IMG/VR virus record: IMGVR_UViG_3300027899_000001
Coordinates: 62,001 to 126,000 of that record
DNA: 64,000 bases
Direction: 5' to 3' (one strand)
A model generated the notes under the pieces. That model was not told the DNA's origin, did not search any database, and saw only the letters and a list, made by a program, of their open reading frames with translations. Both the position numbers and the translations under genes were made by a program. Below, in pieces: positions 46,266-55,312 of this stretch (position 1 is its first letter; every line of letters begins with the position of its first letter).

Positions 46266-47228
46266 TTAGCTATTAAGTATAAATTTTGTATAATCTTTAT
46301 CGACAATCATTATATAATTAAAACCTTTAGAAATAGTAGCTTTTTGTTTTGCTTCTATAATTTTTTTATCTTTTTTTATAAGATATGAGTTTTTAATTTC
46401 AATTATAAGATTTAATGAAGGAATATAAAAATCAGGGAAATAAATTTTATTTTTATTATTATATCGATATTTAATCGAGGGCCCGTTTTTTAAATCTGGA
46501 TACATATTTAAAAATTTTTCAAGAAAATCTAATTCGTAAGAACCTCTATAATATATATCAATGTTTAAATATTTATGAGAATAATAAGCGCTTTTTTGTT
46601 GTTTTTCAAATATATTTTTAACTTGCCCAGGATATTCAACACCATATTTTTCTACATATATTTTTTTGATATCTTCTTTTATTTTTTTAGATTGAAATAC
46701 ATTATCTACACCCCATTTTTCTTTACAAGTTTTTTTTACTTTTTCTCTATTTGAATAATATTCATTTCCATATCTTTCTTTTTTTGTTTGTTTTGATTTT
46801 TCTTTTGATTTTTCTAATTGAAATGAATTTTCTACATCATAACGTTCTTTAAGTGTTTTTTTGCAGGTTTCCTGATTCCATCCATTGGGCACACATTTTA
46901 AAGAACAATATTTATTCGGCGCGCCTCTCGTAAAATTTACAGATTTTCCACAAGTTTTACACGTTGGCGTTCCGTATTTTTTAATATAATTTTTCTTTCT
47001 CCATTCTGGTCCTTTATGGCCTACTGCAAAATCATGAAAAATATTATCTCGATATTCGGGCATTTCATCACAATATCCGCATTTGCATTTTGGCGATATT
47101 CCATTTAATACATATTCTATATGATAATTCTTAGAAGATATATGATGGTGTTGTTTTAAATGATTATTAAATTTTCTTAAAGCTAAAAACTCTTCATTAC
47201 AAATTTGACATTTAATGTTTGATTTCAT
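46266..47228 (-). CDS. Free-standing endonuclease, family copy 4
   Basis: CQIC..H...HH; KYGVEYPGQ; YRGSYELDFLEKF...YFPDFYIPSLNLIIEIK; late promoter at 47230-47245. Confidence 0.75.
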   Translation of the reverse strand: MKSNIKCQICNEEFLALRKFNNHLKQHHHISSKNYHIEYVLNGISPKCKCGYCDEMPEYRDNIFHDFAVGHKGPEWRKKNYIKKYGTPTCKTCGKSVNFTRGAPNKYCSLKCVPNGWNQETCKKTLKERYDVENSFQLEKSKEKSKQTKKERYGNEYYSNREKVKKTCKEKWGVDNVFQSKKIKEDIKKIYVEKYGVEYPGQVKNIFEKQQKSAYYSHKYLNIDIYYRGSYELDFLEKFLNMYPDLKNGPSIKYRYNNKNKIYFPDFYIPSLNLIIEIKNSYLIKKDKKIIEAKQKATISKGFNYIMIVDKDYTKFILNS

Positions 47229-47304
47229 TTTTATTTTATATATTCATCTTAATTCAAAAATGTAATGAATGTGGTGTTAATTTTTTGTTAAGATTTTAAT
47301 TTTC

Positions 47305-48141
47305 TTATTGTGTTAAAAAACCTACTTTTTTAGGTACGGGTTTTGCGTGATTATCTGTTCCATAATAATAAATATCTGCAAGAGTCATAGGCTCTGTAAC
47401 ATTAATTTCTTTATGACCAAGTTTAACTAAAAGAGCTTTTGATTTTTCGATTGAAAGTTTTTCAAATTTATAATTCATTAAAAGTCTTCCTTTTCTTGTA
47501 AGAGCTTCATCTATATTCTTAGTTCCTGTGTTAAAGGTTGCTACTATAGAAATATTCAAACAATCTGAAAGTAAACCATCAGTAAGATTAAGAACATTAC
47601 TTACAGCAGAACTTCTTCCCCCATTATTTCTTTTTTCAAGAGCGGGTTCAGCATCTTCAATTATAAGAACTGAATCATTATTTCTCATAAGAAAAGGAAT
47701 AAAGGCTGGATCTGTAATAGAATCAACCATATCAGGAGATATGAAAATGATGTTCTTCTTAAGTTTAGATGTAAGATACCTAATATAAGTAGTATTATGA
47801 CTAATAATATTATTTGTATAATATAATTTATTAGAATCAACATCTAATTCTAAATCATACATATTTTCACGCTCATCTAATTTTATAACTTGTTGAACAT
47901 TTTCATATCCCGTTTTTGTTAAAATTATATCTCCTATTTTTAAGTTTTTTACATATATTTCAACATTATTATTTAATAATACAATGTGATTATCTGCACA
48001 TCTTAATTGATATTTATCTGTTTTTAAAAGATACACATCATATTTAATAGTTTTATGAATAGCATCAATATTAACCCATCCATCCGGAGTTAATACTTCA
48101 TAATCTTCTAATTTTTTAGATTTTATAAATTTTTTATTCAT
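47305..48141 (-). CDS. AAA ATPase C-terminal part, preceded by a 116-aa IntC (split intein)
   Basis: CADNH block B, MYDLEL, IISHN|TTYIRYL; then IIEDAE Walker B, LNLTDG, ALTRKGR. Confidence 0.9.
   Translation of the reverse strand: MNKKFIKSKKLEDYEVLTPDGWVNIDAIHKTIKYDVYLLKTDKYQLRCADNHIVLLNNNVEIYVKNLKIGDIILTKTGYENVQQVIKLDERENMYDLELDVDSNKLYYTNNIISHNTTYIRYLTSKLKKNIIFISPDMVDSITDPAFIPFLMRNNDSVLIIEDAEPALEKRNNGGRSSAVSNVLNLTDGLLSDCLNISIVATFNTGTKNIDEALTRKGRLLMNYKFEKLSIEKSKALLVKLGHKEINVTEPMTLADIYYYGTDNHAKPVPKKVGFLTQ
47794..48141 (-). mobile_element. IntC (116 aa) of an atypically split intein
   Basis: Ends His-Asn before Thr+1. Confidence 0.85.
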
Positions 48142-49039
48142 ATTTTATAAAGTTTATACATTTTAATAAAGTATTTTGATAATTAAATTTATTTAAATCA
48201 TCTTCCCAAATAATTAAAATTTTATATCCAAGAGATTGCAGCATTTCAATTTTAAATTTATCTTTTTGCCATATTTCTTTTGCAGTTAATATTTTAGTTT
48301 TACTTATTGCAATTATAGAATTTTCAAAATAATATTTAGGATTTGCGTGATAAAAATTGCCATTCAATTCTATTATTTTATTTTCATATAAAAGATCAAC
48401 ATAAAATCCTTTATTTTTATTATAACGTATCCATTTTTCTTCTATTCCAAAATAAAGTTTTTTATCTATATTATTTTGTAAATCATTAAAAAATTTTTCG
48501 GATAATTTACTATATCTTCTAAATAAACTGTTTCTTCTTCCTTTACCTCTTTCATGTGATAATATTTTTACTCGTTCCTCTCCAAATTTTTGTGTTAATT
48601 GATCTTTTGTTTTTCCACGAGTTTTATTAATTTCAATTCTTTCACTATCAGATTTTGAATAATATGTATTTTTTCTTTTCTGTAAAATATTATTTTTTTT
48701 CTCTTCAGAAAAATTATCTATAGAAAGTTTAGCCCTAACCCCATCTATCATTTTTTTTATTTCATCTGGATCAGTTATATTCTTTTTTATCCAATATTCT
48801 TTTTCCCATGGCATAAGCATATTTTCATAAGAATCTTTTGATCTTTTTTTTGCATTTTCAGATTGTATTTGTTTAATTTTTTCAATGGCTTCATTTTTAG
48901 AAAACCCGCGTTTAATCCAAAATTCTATGCAAAATCTAGAAGTTTCTTTTCTTTTTTGCAATGCAATATTTTCAGCTTCATTTTCATTGTATCCTTTTTT
49001 TATCCAATATTCTTTATCGTAAATAGTTATTTTTTTCAT
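48134..49039 (-). CDS. Vsr/DUF559-like endonuclease between the split-intein halves of the AAA gene
   Basis: KEYWIKKG repeats; FYVDL..ENKIIELNGNFYHANP...WQKD...IWE; late promoter at 49047-49062. Confidence 0.75.
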   Translation of the reverse strand: MKKITIYDKEYWIKKGYNENEAENIALQKRKETSRFCIEFWIKRGFSKNEAIEKIKQIQSENAKKRSKDSYENMLMPWEKEYWIKKNITDPDEIKKMIDGVRAKLSIDNFSEEKKNNILQKRKNTYYSKSDSERIEINKTRGKTKDQLTQKFGEERVKILSHERGKGRRNSLFRRYSKLSEKFFNDLQNNIDKKLYFGIEEKWIRYNKNKGFYVDLLYENKIIELNGNFYHANPKYYFENSIIAISKTKILTAKEIWQKDKFKIEMLQSLGYKILIIWEDDLNKFNYQNTLLKCINFIKYE

Positions 49040-49091
49040 AAATATTTTTATTTTATATATTCATGATTTTCATTAGCTGGAATACCAAAAA

Positions 49092-50012
49092 CTACATCAA
49101 ATCTGTAATATTTATTTCTTCTATTTTTCCTGTTTTTTTATTACGTATAGTTATTTTAGTATTATAACAAACACACTTACCTGTTCCTGGTTCACCCGGA
49201 AGAATAACGAGATTAGTTTTATCTTTACTATTGAGACCTGTAATTATTTCAGACGATATTTCTTCAAATCCATCATTATAATTTTCTTTTAAGTCTACTT
49301 TTATTTTCTTTACATCGAATCCTATTTTTTCAAATCCATGTTGATTTTTATATACAATATAGATTTTATTCTTTGTGATTTTAGGTTTTTTATGATTTTT
49401 TAATAAACTTAACAGTGTATGAAAAGTAGAATTTTCATTCTTTTCTGCACTTATATCATAATATATTGAGCCTTCATTAATTCCATCAAAAAATAACAAT
49501 AAATCTTTATCAAAGGCAATTAAAAGAGAACTTATTTTAGCTTCATTACTATCTTGAAATGATATCTTAAAAAAGCTATTATCAGGAACATTATAATACT
49601 TAAAAAGATTATTTATAAAATTACTTACATTATAATCTTCGAATCTAAAAATAGCTGGATAAAACCCATTAAGAAGTTGATAACGATATCCAAAATGATT
49701 CGTTTCAGAACAATATGAAAGATATGCTTCATCAGCATCAGCCATTTTTACAAAATCTCCAATAGGATAGAAATTAAGTTTAGGCTTATCTGAAAATTTA
49801 ATAGCTTTTATTTTATTAAAATCTACTGCAATATCTACAGAATCGCTAGTATTTTCTTTAGGTTCAATTTCTTCTCCGAATTCTTCAAATACTGAGTCAT
49901 CTATGTAATTTATATTCATATCTATAGGTTTATAATCTTTTAGTTTTAATTCATCAAAATATTCTTTATTCCAATGTCCATGATCATAGACTTTTATTTT
50001 CCTTCTAGCCAT
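49092..50012 (-). CDS. AAA ATPase N-terminal part ending in a 27-aa IntN
   Basis: ILPGEPGTGK|CVCYNTKITIRNKKTGKIEEINITDLM*. Confidence 0.88.
   Translation of the reverse strand: MARRKIKVYDHGHWNKEYFDELKLKDYKPIDMNINYIDDSVFEEFGEEIEPKENTSDSVDIAVDFNKIKAIKFSDKPKLNFYPIGDFVKMADADEAYLSYCSETNHFGYRYQLLNGFYPAIFRFEDYNVSNFINNLFKYYNVPDNSFFKISFQDSNEAKISSLLIAFDKDLLLFFDGINEGSIYYDISAEKNENSTFHTLLSLLKNHKKPKITKNKIYIVYKNQHGFEKIGFDVKKIKVDLKENYNDGFEEISSEIITGLNSKDKTNLVILPGEPGTGKCVCYNTKITIRNKKTGKIEEINITDLM
49095..49175 (-). mobile_element. IntN (27 aa) of an atypically split intein
   Basis: Cys1 immediately after the Walker A Lys; block A-like CVCYNTKI. Confidence 0.82.
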
Positions 50013-50500
50013 TTTTTTCTTTTTGCCGGTGAATCCCCAAATGCTATTTCAAGAAATCTATCAGCGCTTCTATCATTAATAACTGAGAATAATATCTTAT
50101 TGTTCATTACATTTTCCCAATCTTCTAATGAAAGAGAACCAAGTCCTTTAAGATAATTTACATTTGTTACTTTTGTTTTTTCTATAAATTCTGAATATTC
50201 TTCTAAAGTATAAAAATACTTTCTTTCTTTTCCAACTGTGCAAACTACTAATGGCGTTATTATTCTATAAAGTTTCTTCTTTTCAATTATATGAGGAAAC
50301 CATTTATGAAAGAAACTAATAATAAGAGAACTAATATGCTGTCCATCGCAATTATGTGCTAATATTTTTGTATTTTCATTTAAATAAACATAAAAGGTGT
50401 GACTATCTTTTACTGTTATATCATACATTATTAAATTTTTTCTATATTTTTTAATATTCGCGGGTTGCACTAATTTATATTTTGTTAAATCTATATTCAT
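49994..50500 (-). CDS. Topoisomerase II B-type subunit C-terminal part, preceded by a 50-aa IntC
   Basis: MYDITVKDSHTF...ILAHN|CDGQHISSL...YLKGLGS. Confidence 0.9.
   Translation of the reverse strand: MNIDLTKYKLVQPANIKKYRKNLIMYDITVKDSHTFYVYLNENTKILAHNCDGQHISSLIISFFHKWFPHIIEKKKLYRIITPLVVCTVGKERKYFYTLEEYSEFIEKTKVTNVNYLKGLGSLSLEDWENVMNNKILFSVINDRSADRFLEIAFGDSPAKRKKWLEGK
50351..50500 (-). mobile_element. IntC (50 aa) of a split intein
   Basis: YDI block F; ends His-Asn before Cys+1. Confidence 0.88.
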
Positions 50501-51489
50501 ATTTCTATTATTATATTTCTGTGTTTAATTTCATCTAATATTTGTAATAAATATTCTTCTGTAAGTTTTGTTGATTCCCATATAATTAATATTGCAATAT
50601 TTTTTTTGAATTCATGATTAAATAAATAATTAATTCTATTTTTATCTTTTTCCCAAATTTCATATGCAAATCTTTTCATTATTTTATGAAAATAATCTTT
50701 TGGATAATATTTAGAATTACAGTGCCAATAATCGCCATAAAATTCTATTATGATATTTAAATCCGGTATATAAAAATCTATTGCTCCATTTTTTCCAATT
50801 TCATTTTCATATTTATATTCTTCTACATAATAAATATTACATTTATTAAGAATATCACCAACTATTTTAGATTTAATAGATTTATTAGGCCCAAACGCGG
50901 AATGTTTCTTTTTTCTAAAAATATCATATTTTTCTAGGCCTTCAATTTCTCCATATTTTTCAATATACCATGATAATGTATTAGCTTTAGATATTTTAGC
51001 ATTTCGTTTTTCATATTTTTTAATACCTTCTTCTTTACCATATTTTTTAACATAATTTTCTAAATTAGCTCTCCATGTAAGCTCCCTAAATCCTTTACTT
51101 TTATCATGTTTAACATCAGTAATATTTTTTTTATGTAATAAACTTAAGTATAGAGAATTTGCGCCAATATGTTCAAATCTTTTTTTATCATACGGTTCAT
51201 TAAATATTTTTTGACTAATATTTTCTTTACATTGTAATGTATGACAAAAATATCCATCGTTATAACTTACTTTATACAATTTATTTTTATGATCAATTTC
51301 AAACGTTGGAATAGCATATTTATTGCAAAATCCGCATATTTCTAATTTAAAATTTGGAGTTAAATTTTTATAATATTTTTTAACATACTCATTAAGTAAT
51401 AAGTCGTGCACGCGTTTTACATGGGATCCTATATAAGTTCCATTATTAGTAACCTCTTTTCCGCAAATTAAACATCTAATCTTTTCCAT
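50497..51489 (-). CDS. Vsr/DUF559-like endonuclease between the split-intein halves of the topoisomerase gene
   Basis: CLICG; KKYGKEEG repeats; IDFYIPDLNIIIEFYGDYWHCN...IWE; late promoter at 51502-51517. Confidence 0.75.
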   Translation of the reverse strand: MEKIRCLICGKEVTNNGTYIGSHVKRVHDLLLNEYVKKYYKNLTPNFKLEICGFCNKYAIPTFEIDHKNKLYKVSYNDGYFCHTLQCKENISQKIFNEPYDKKRFEHIGANSLYLSLLHKKNITDVKHDKSKGFRELTWRANLENYVKKYGKEEGIKKYEKRNAKISKANTLSWYIEKYGEIEGLEKYDIFRKKKHSAFGPNKSIKSKIVGDILNKCNIYYVEEYKYENEIGKNGAIDFYIPDLNIIIEFYGDYWHCNSKYYPKDYFHKIMKRFAYEIWEKDKNRINYLFNHEFKKNIAILIIWESTKLTEEYLLQILDEIKHRNIIIEI

Positions 51490-51533
51490 ATGCTTTCCAT
51501 CTTTATTTTATATATTCATGACGGTTTTCATGT

Positions 51534-53267
51534 TTATTCTTTTTTAAGAAGTAAAAAATCAGTTTTTTTCAAATCTTTAGCAAAAATTTCTTGTAATTTT
51601 TCATTTCTACATACTATTAAAATATGATTTTCTGAACAAATTAATTTTTCATTATTAATTTCTATTTCAATATATTTTTCTTTTTTTGTTTTTATTATTT
51701 TTTCGATAGTTTTATATTCATTGGTGTGTGTTAAAATTTCATCATTATAGGTTAAATCTTTAATTTTTTTAAATCCATCTTTTGTAATAATTAAATGGTC
51801 TTCATCAAGACAATCTTCATCTGTAGCAATTATTATTTTGTCATAAACTGGTAATTTATCTTTGCCGGGTTCTATTTCAAGAATGCTCATTATATCTAAC
51901 CATTCAGCATTTCCTGTTAAATCTGATAATTTTCTTGCATTTTTAACCTTTCCTTTAAGAGCATATACTGCGTCAGTTTCAGAATCTCTTGCTTGTTTTA
52001 CTGAACCTGCTGCTGAAAGTCCTTCAGTAATATATATGCATCCCTTGTATTTTGAAGCAGGACTAAATTTATCAGATATCTTTCTTTTCGATTGCTTCTG
52101 AGCCTTTCTAATCTTAACTAAATTTTCATTATGGAGTCTATCTTCTATAGATTTTTCGATGCTTCTTGCTATATCAGATTTACTCAAGAATCTTATTAAC
52201 TTACTATGAAAAGATTCTTTCATCAATTCTTCTATTTCTCCACGACCTGTTGCAAATTTTGTTTTATTTTGGTCTGCAAATCTCATTAATTGCGACGGAA
52301 GATTAAGAGATATAAGAGTTTCATAGAAATGGTGAGCTAAATTATACTTAAAATATTCATTACCCCAATCATTAACTACTTTCTGATGTATTCCTGTACA
52401 GTTAGATCCATTAACAAATGATAAAGAACAAGAATTTTCATATGCTTCCCAAAGATATATTGTCCCCATATTGTTAGTTACAGTTATATGATCTTTAGGA
52501 ATAAAATCTGTCGTTATATCTATATCAAATTGTTTTCCTTCTTTTATAAAATATCCTTTGAAATCTAATTTATTAATAATAGGATCGTTCTTTATTAAGA
52601 AGTATTTGAATGAAAGATAAGTTGTTATTAAATCTATATCCCATTTAAGATCTAGAAATATTTTCTTTGATGGAATAAAGGTTATTTTAGTTCCAAGTTT
52701 ATCTGAAGATTCTTTTTTTCTTATTTCTTCATTTACTACTACGAAATCATCCCATGTAAATTTTACATAATGAGTTTTATTAACAGTAGTTACTGCGAAT
52801 TTCTCAGATAAAATATTAGTTACGGCAGCACCTAAACCAAAAGTTCCAAGTATATTAGTTGATGTATCAGTAAAATTAGAACCTGCGTGAAGTTCTTCAA
52901 GAGCAGTTCTTACTACATTTTTCTTTGTTTTACTATGTTTTTTAGCTGCATCATGAAATCCTAAACCTTCATCTATCACAATTATTTCATTATTATCAAG
53001 ATTAACTTTAACTGTAACATTTTTCATTTTACCCTTACATCGTTTAGCTTCATCTAAAGAATTTTCTAAAATTTCATAAAATAATTGATAAAATCCAGGT
53101 GAATATTTTTTTTCTAATGAAATTAATTTATTATTAATAACAAGCGGATATTTACTATCTTCTATTTCAGATATTTGCCCAACATAAAGAGTAGGCCTTA
53201 ATCGTATAGCGGTAAAATTATCTAACGCTATTATTTCTTTTGAATTTCCTGTATTATTTTTTAACAT
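51534..53267 (-). CDS. Topoisomerase II B-type (gp39/GyrB-like) N-terminal part ending in a 92-aa IntN
   Basis: EILENSLDE, DEGLG, GTFGLGA (GHKL), TEGLSA, ALKGKV, IIIATDED|CLDEDH. Confidence 0.9.
   Translation of the reverse strand: MLKNNTGNSKEIIALDNFTAIRLRPTLYVGQISEIEDSKYPLVINNKLISLEKKYSPGFYQLFYEILENSLDEAKRCKGKMKNVTVKVNLDNNEIIVIDEGLGFHDAAKKHSKTKKNVVRTALEELHAGSNFTDTSTNILGTFGLGAAVTNILSEKFAVTTVNKTHYVKFTWDDFVVVNEEIRKKESSDKLGTKITFIPSKKIFLDLKWDIDLITTYLSFKYFLIKNDPIINKLDFKGYFIKEGKQFDIDITTDFIPKDHITVTNNMGTIYLWEAYENSCSLSFVNGSNCTGIHQKVVNDWGNEYFKYNLAHHFYETLISLNLPSQLMRFADQNKTKFATGRGEIEELMKESFHSKLIRFLSKSDIARSIEKSIEDRLHNENLVKIRKAQKQSKRKISDKFSPASKYKGCIYITEGLSAAGSVKQARDSETDAVYALKGKVKNARKLSDLTGNAEWLDIMSILEIEPGKDKLPVYDKIIIATDEDCLDEDHLIITKDGFKKIKDLTYNDEILTHTNEYKTIEKIIKTKKEKYIEIEINNEKLICSENHILIVCRNEKLQEIFAKDLKKTDFLLLKKE
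51537..51812 (-). mobile_element. IntN (92 aa) of a split intein
   Basis: CLDEDHLI block A; CSENH block B. Confidence 0.88.
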
Positions 53268-54198
53268 AATTTTCTATAAATTCTTTATAGTTTTTATTTA
53301 AGATAAGAATATAATTATATCCTAATTTTTTTGTTGCTTTTTCTTTTTCAAAAATTTCATTTTCATTCATTTTTAAGGTATAAGATCCTTTTATTTCTAT
53401 TACTAAATTTTCAGATGGTAGATAAAAATCAGAATGATATACTCTATTTTTTCCATCAAGGTTATATTTTATAGACGGCCCATTTTGCATATCATTAAAT
53501 AAAGTATAAAAATTTTCTAAAAAGTCAAATTCATATGACGCTTGATACGTTAAATTACTATCTTTATATTGATGTAATAGCATCCTAGTTTTAAATGCTT
53601 TATCATATATTCCTTTATCTTGTAAAGGATTTTCGACTCCATATTTTTTTAAATAATGTTGTTTTAAATTATTTTGAATAATTTTGCTAGAATATGGATT
53701 TTTTGTTCCATAATTTTTTTTACATGTTTTTTCTGCTTTTAATTTAACATCTTTATTAGCTAATGTACATGCAGTTCCATATTTTTTTATATTAGTATTT
53801 TCAAGTTTATCTCTAACTATTTTTGATTTATTTGGATTATCTACTCCATAATTTTCTTTCCACGTTTCTTTCATTTTATTTTTACAATCTTCTCTTTGAA
53901 AATTGTTTTCTACTCCATAAGTGTGTAATAATGTTTCTTTTCGAGTTTCATTTGCAATTTTTATACTATGATTATTACAACAACCTTTAATATATCCATA
54001 AGCTAAACTTTTAAACTTAGTTTGTTTATTACATATTTTACATAATTCTTCGTTATCTTCTTTTAACCATTTATCAAAATATATTTTAGTGTTATCGTGC
54101 TTTCGTTGAATATGTTTACTTAAAGACATTAAATTTTTACATATTTTTTGGCATTCTTCACAAATATAAAAATCATTTTCTTGTTTAAATTTTTTCAT
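53254..54198 (-). CDS. Free-standing endonuclease, family copy 5
   Basis: CEECQK..H..RKH; YGVENNFQ; YQASYEFDFLENFY...YHSDFYLPSENLVIEIK. Confidence 0.75.
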   Translation of the reverse strand: MKKFKQENDFYICEECQKICKNLMSLSKHIQRKHDNTKIYFDKWLKEDNEELCKICNKQTKFKSLAYGYIKGCCNNHSIKIANETRKETLLHTYGVENNFQREDCKNKMKETWKENYGVDNPNKSKIVRDKLENTNIKKYGTACTLANKDVKLKAEKTCKKNYGTKNPYSSKIIQNNLKQHYLKKYGVENPLQDKGIYDKAFKTRMLLHQYKDSNLTYQASYEFDFLENFYTLFNDMQNGPSIKYNLDGKNRVYHSDFYLPSENLVIEIKGSYTLKMNENEIFEKEKATKKLGYNYILILNKNYKEFIENYVKK

Positions 54199-54306
54199 AA
54201 ATATATTTTTAATTTATATATCTATGAGTGCCAAAAGTTTTTGTTATATTTAGAGTTCTTCTGTTCTATCGCCATATGTTTTTTGTATATTATATAAGGT
54301 TTATAA

Positions 54307-54534
54307 TTAAAGTTTTATGAAACGATTCATGCCTGCTATTATTGATAACCAATCATAGTATTCATCTCGTTCTTCTTCTGTATCAAACCAATAGCATATA
54401 TTTCCATGATTAAATGTAAAATCTATTCCATACTGAAATACTTGAGTACCTTTAACTCCTTCATATAATGTTTTGTTAAAATAATCTACTTGATTTAAAT
54501 TAATGCTAGCACAATTTTCTTTAGTTATCCACAT
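54307..54534 (-). CDS. Hypothetical protein
   Basis: Small ORF in an accessory cluster. Confidence 0.55.
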   Translation of the reverse strand: MWITKENCASINLNQVDYFNKTLYEGVKGTQVFQYGIDFTFNHGNICYWFDTEEERDEYYDWLSIIAGMNRFIKL

Positions 54535-54538
54535 AGCT

Positions 54539-54814
54539 TTATTTTTTTAAATGTTTGCTTATTTTACTTAAATCTGGTTCTTTTTGTTCATAATAAACTA
54601 TTCTTCTTCTTTTTCTTGGTTTAGTTTGAGTAATAGATTCTTTACCATTTTCAATTATACTAAAATAATTGAGTATTCCTACAAAGGCACTAAATCCTGT
54701 TGCCCAACCTATAAAATTCATATCGTTTTTAAAGAAAAGTATAGTCATAATTATTAAAGCTATTACGACTATTAGATAAAGAGTTCTTGTTAATGACATA
54801 TTACTTTGTTTCAA
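54539..54814 (-). CDS. Small 2-TM membrane protein
   Basis: LYLIVVIALIIMTILFF and IGWATGFSAFVGILNYF. Confidence 0.6.
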   Translation of the reverse strand: MKQSNMSLTRTLYLIVVIALIIMTILFFKNDMNFIGWATGFSAFVGILNYFSIIENGKESITQTKPRKRRRIVYYEQKEPDLSKISKHLKK

Positions 54815-54836
54815 TAATTATTATATAATTCTATTT

Positions 54837-54956
54837 TTAATTCGTTCTTTCATGTTTATGTTCTTTTTTATGTTTAACTAATAAAATTATAAATCCCACA
54901 CATAATCCTATTGCTGTTATCATCATTGCCATTAAAAAAGTGTCAATAGTTTCCAT
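54837..54956 (-). CDS. Small single-TM protein, 39 aa (METIDTFLMAMMITAIGLCVGFIILLVKHKKEHKHERTN)
   Basis: Hand-translated; 1-nt overlap with the stop of 54956-55249. Confidence 0.55.
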   Translation of the reverse strand: METIDTFLMAMMITAIGLCVGFIILLVKHKKEHKHERTN

Positions 54957-55249
54957 TATTTTATAGGTTTAAGTTTCTTATAAGTTTCGATATTTCTTTC
55001 ACACCCATCTTTATATGAACTCCAACTATCATCTCTATAAATATTTCCATTATAAGAACTTGCGAAAAAAGGAGTCCATCCAAAATATTTACGATAAACT
55101 TCTGAACGATAAAATATAATTTCACCTTTGATTTTTTCTCTTATTCTAAATTCTTCTGATTTAGGAAACCAATTTTTATGAAGTCTATTAAGAATTCCTA
55201 TACCTATGAATATAAAAAGAATTATTAAAATAGTTATAAACTGTGTCAT
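54956..55249 (-). CDS. Small protein with N-terminal TM segment
   Basis: FITILIILFIFIGIGIL. Confidence 0.55.
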   Translation of the reverse strand: MTQFITILIILFIFIGIGILNRLHKNWFPKSEEFRIREKIKGEIIFYRSEVYRKYFGWTPFFASSYNGNIYRDDSWSSYKDGCERNIETYKKLKPIK

Positions 55250-55312
55250 TTTTTTAAATTTTAAGTTAGAAATTAATTAATTATTTTTCATAAATTATTA
55301 AAAGTTTTGTTT

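Noticed and set aside
47305-53267. Group I introns or frameshifts explaining the broken topoisomerase and AAA genes
   Set aside because: Breakpoints coincide exactly with intein C1 and HN-(C/T) junction residues, and no intron core is visible
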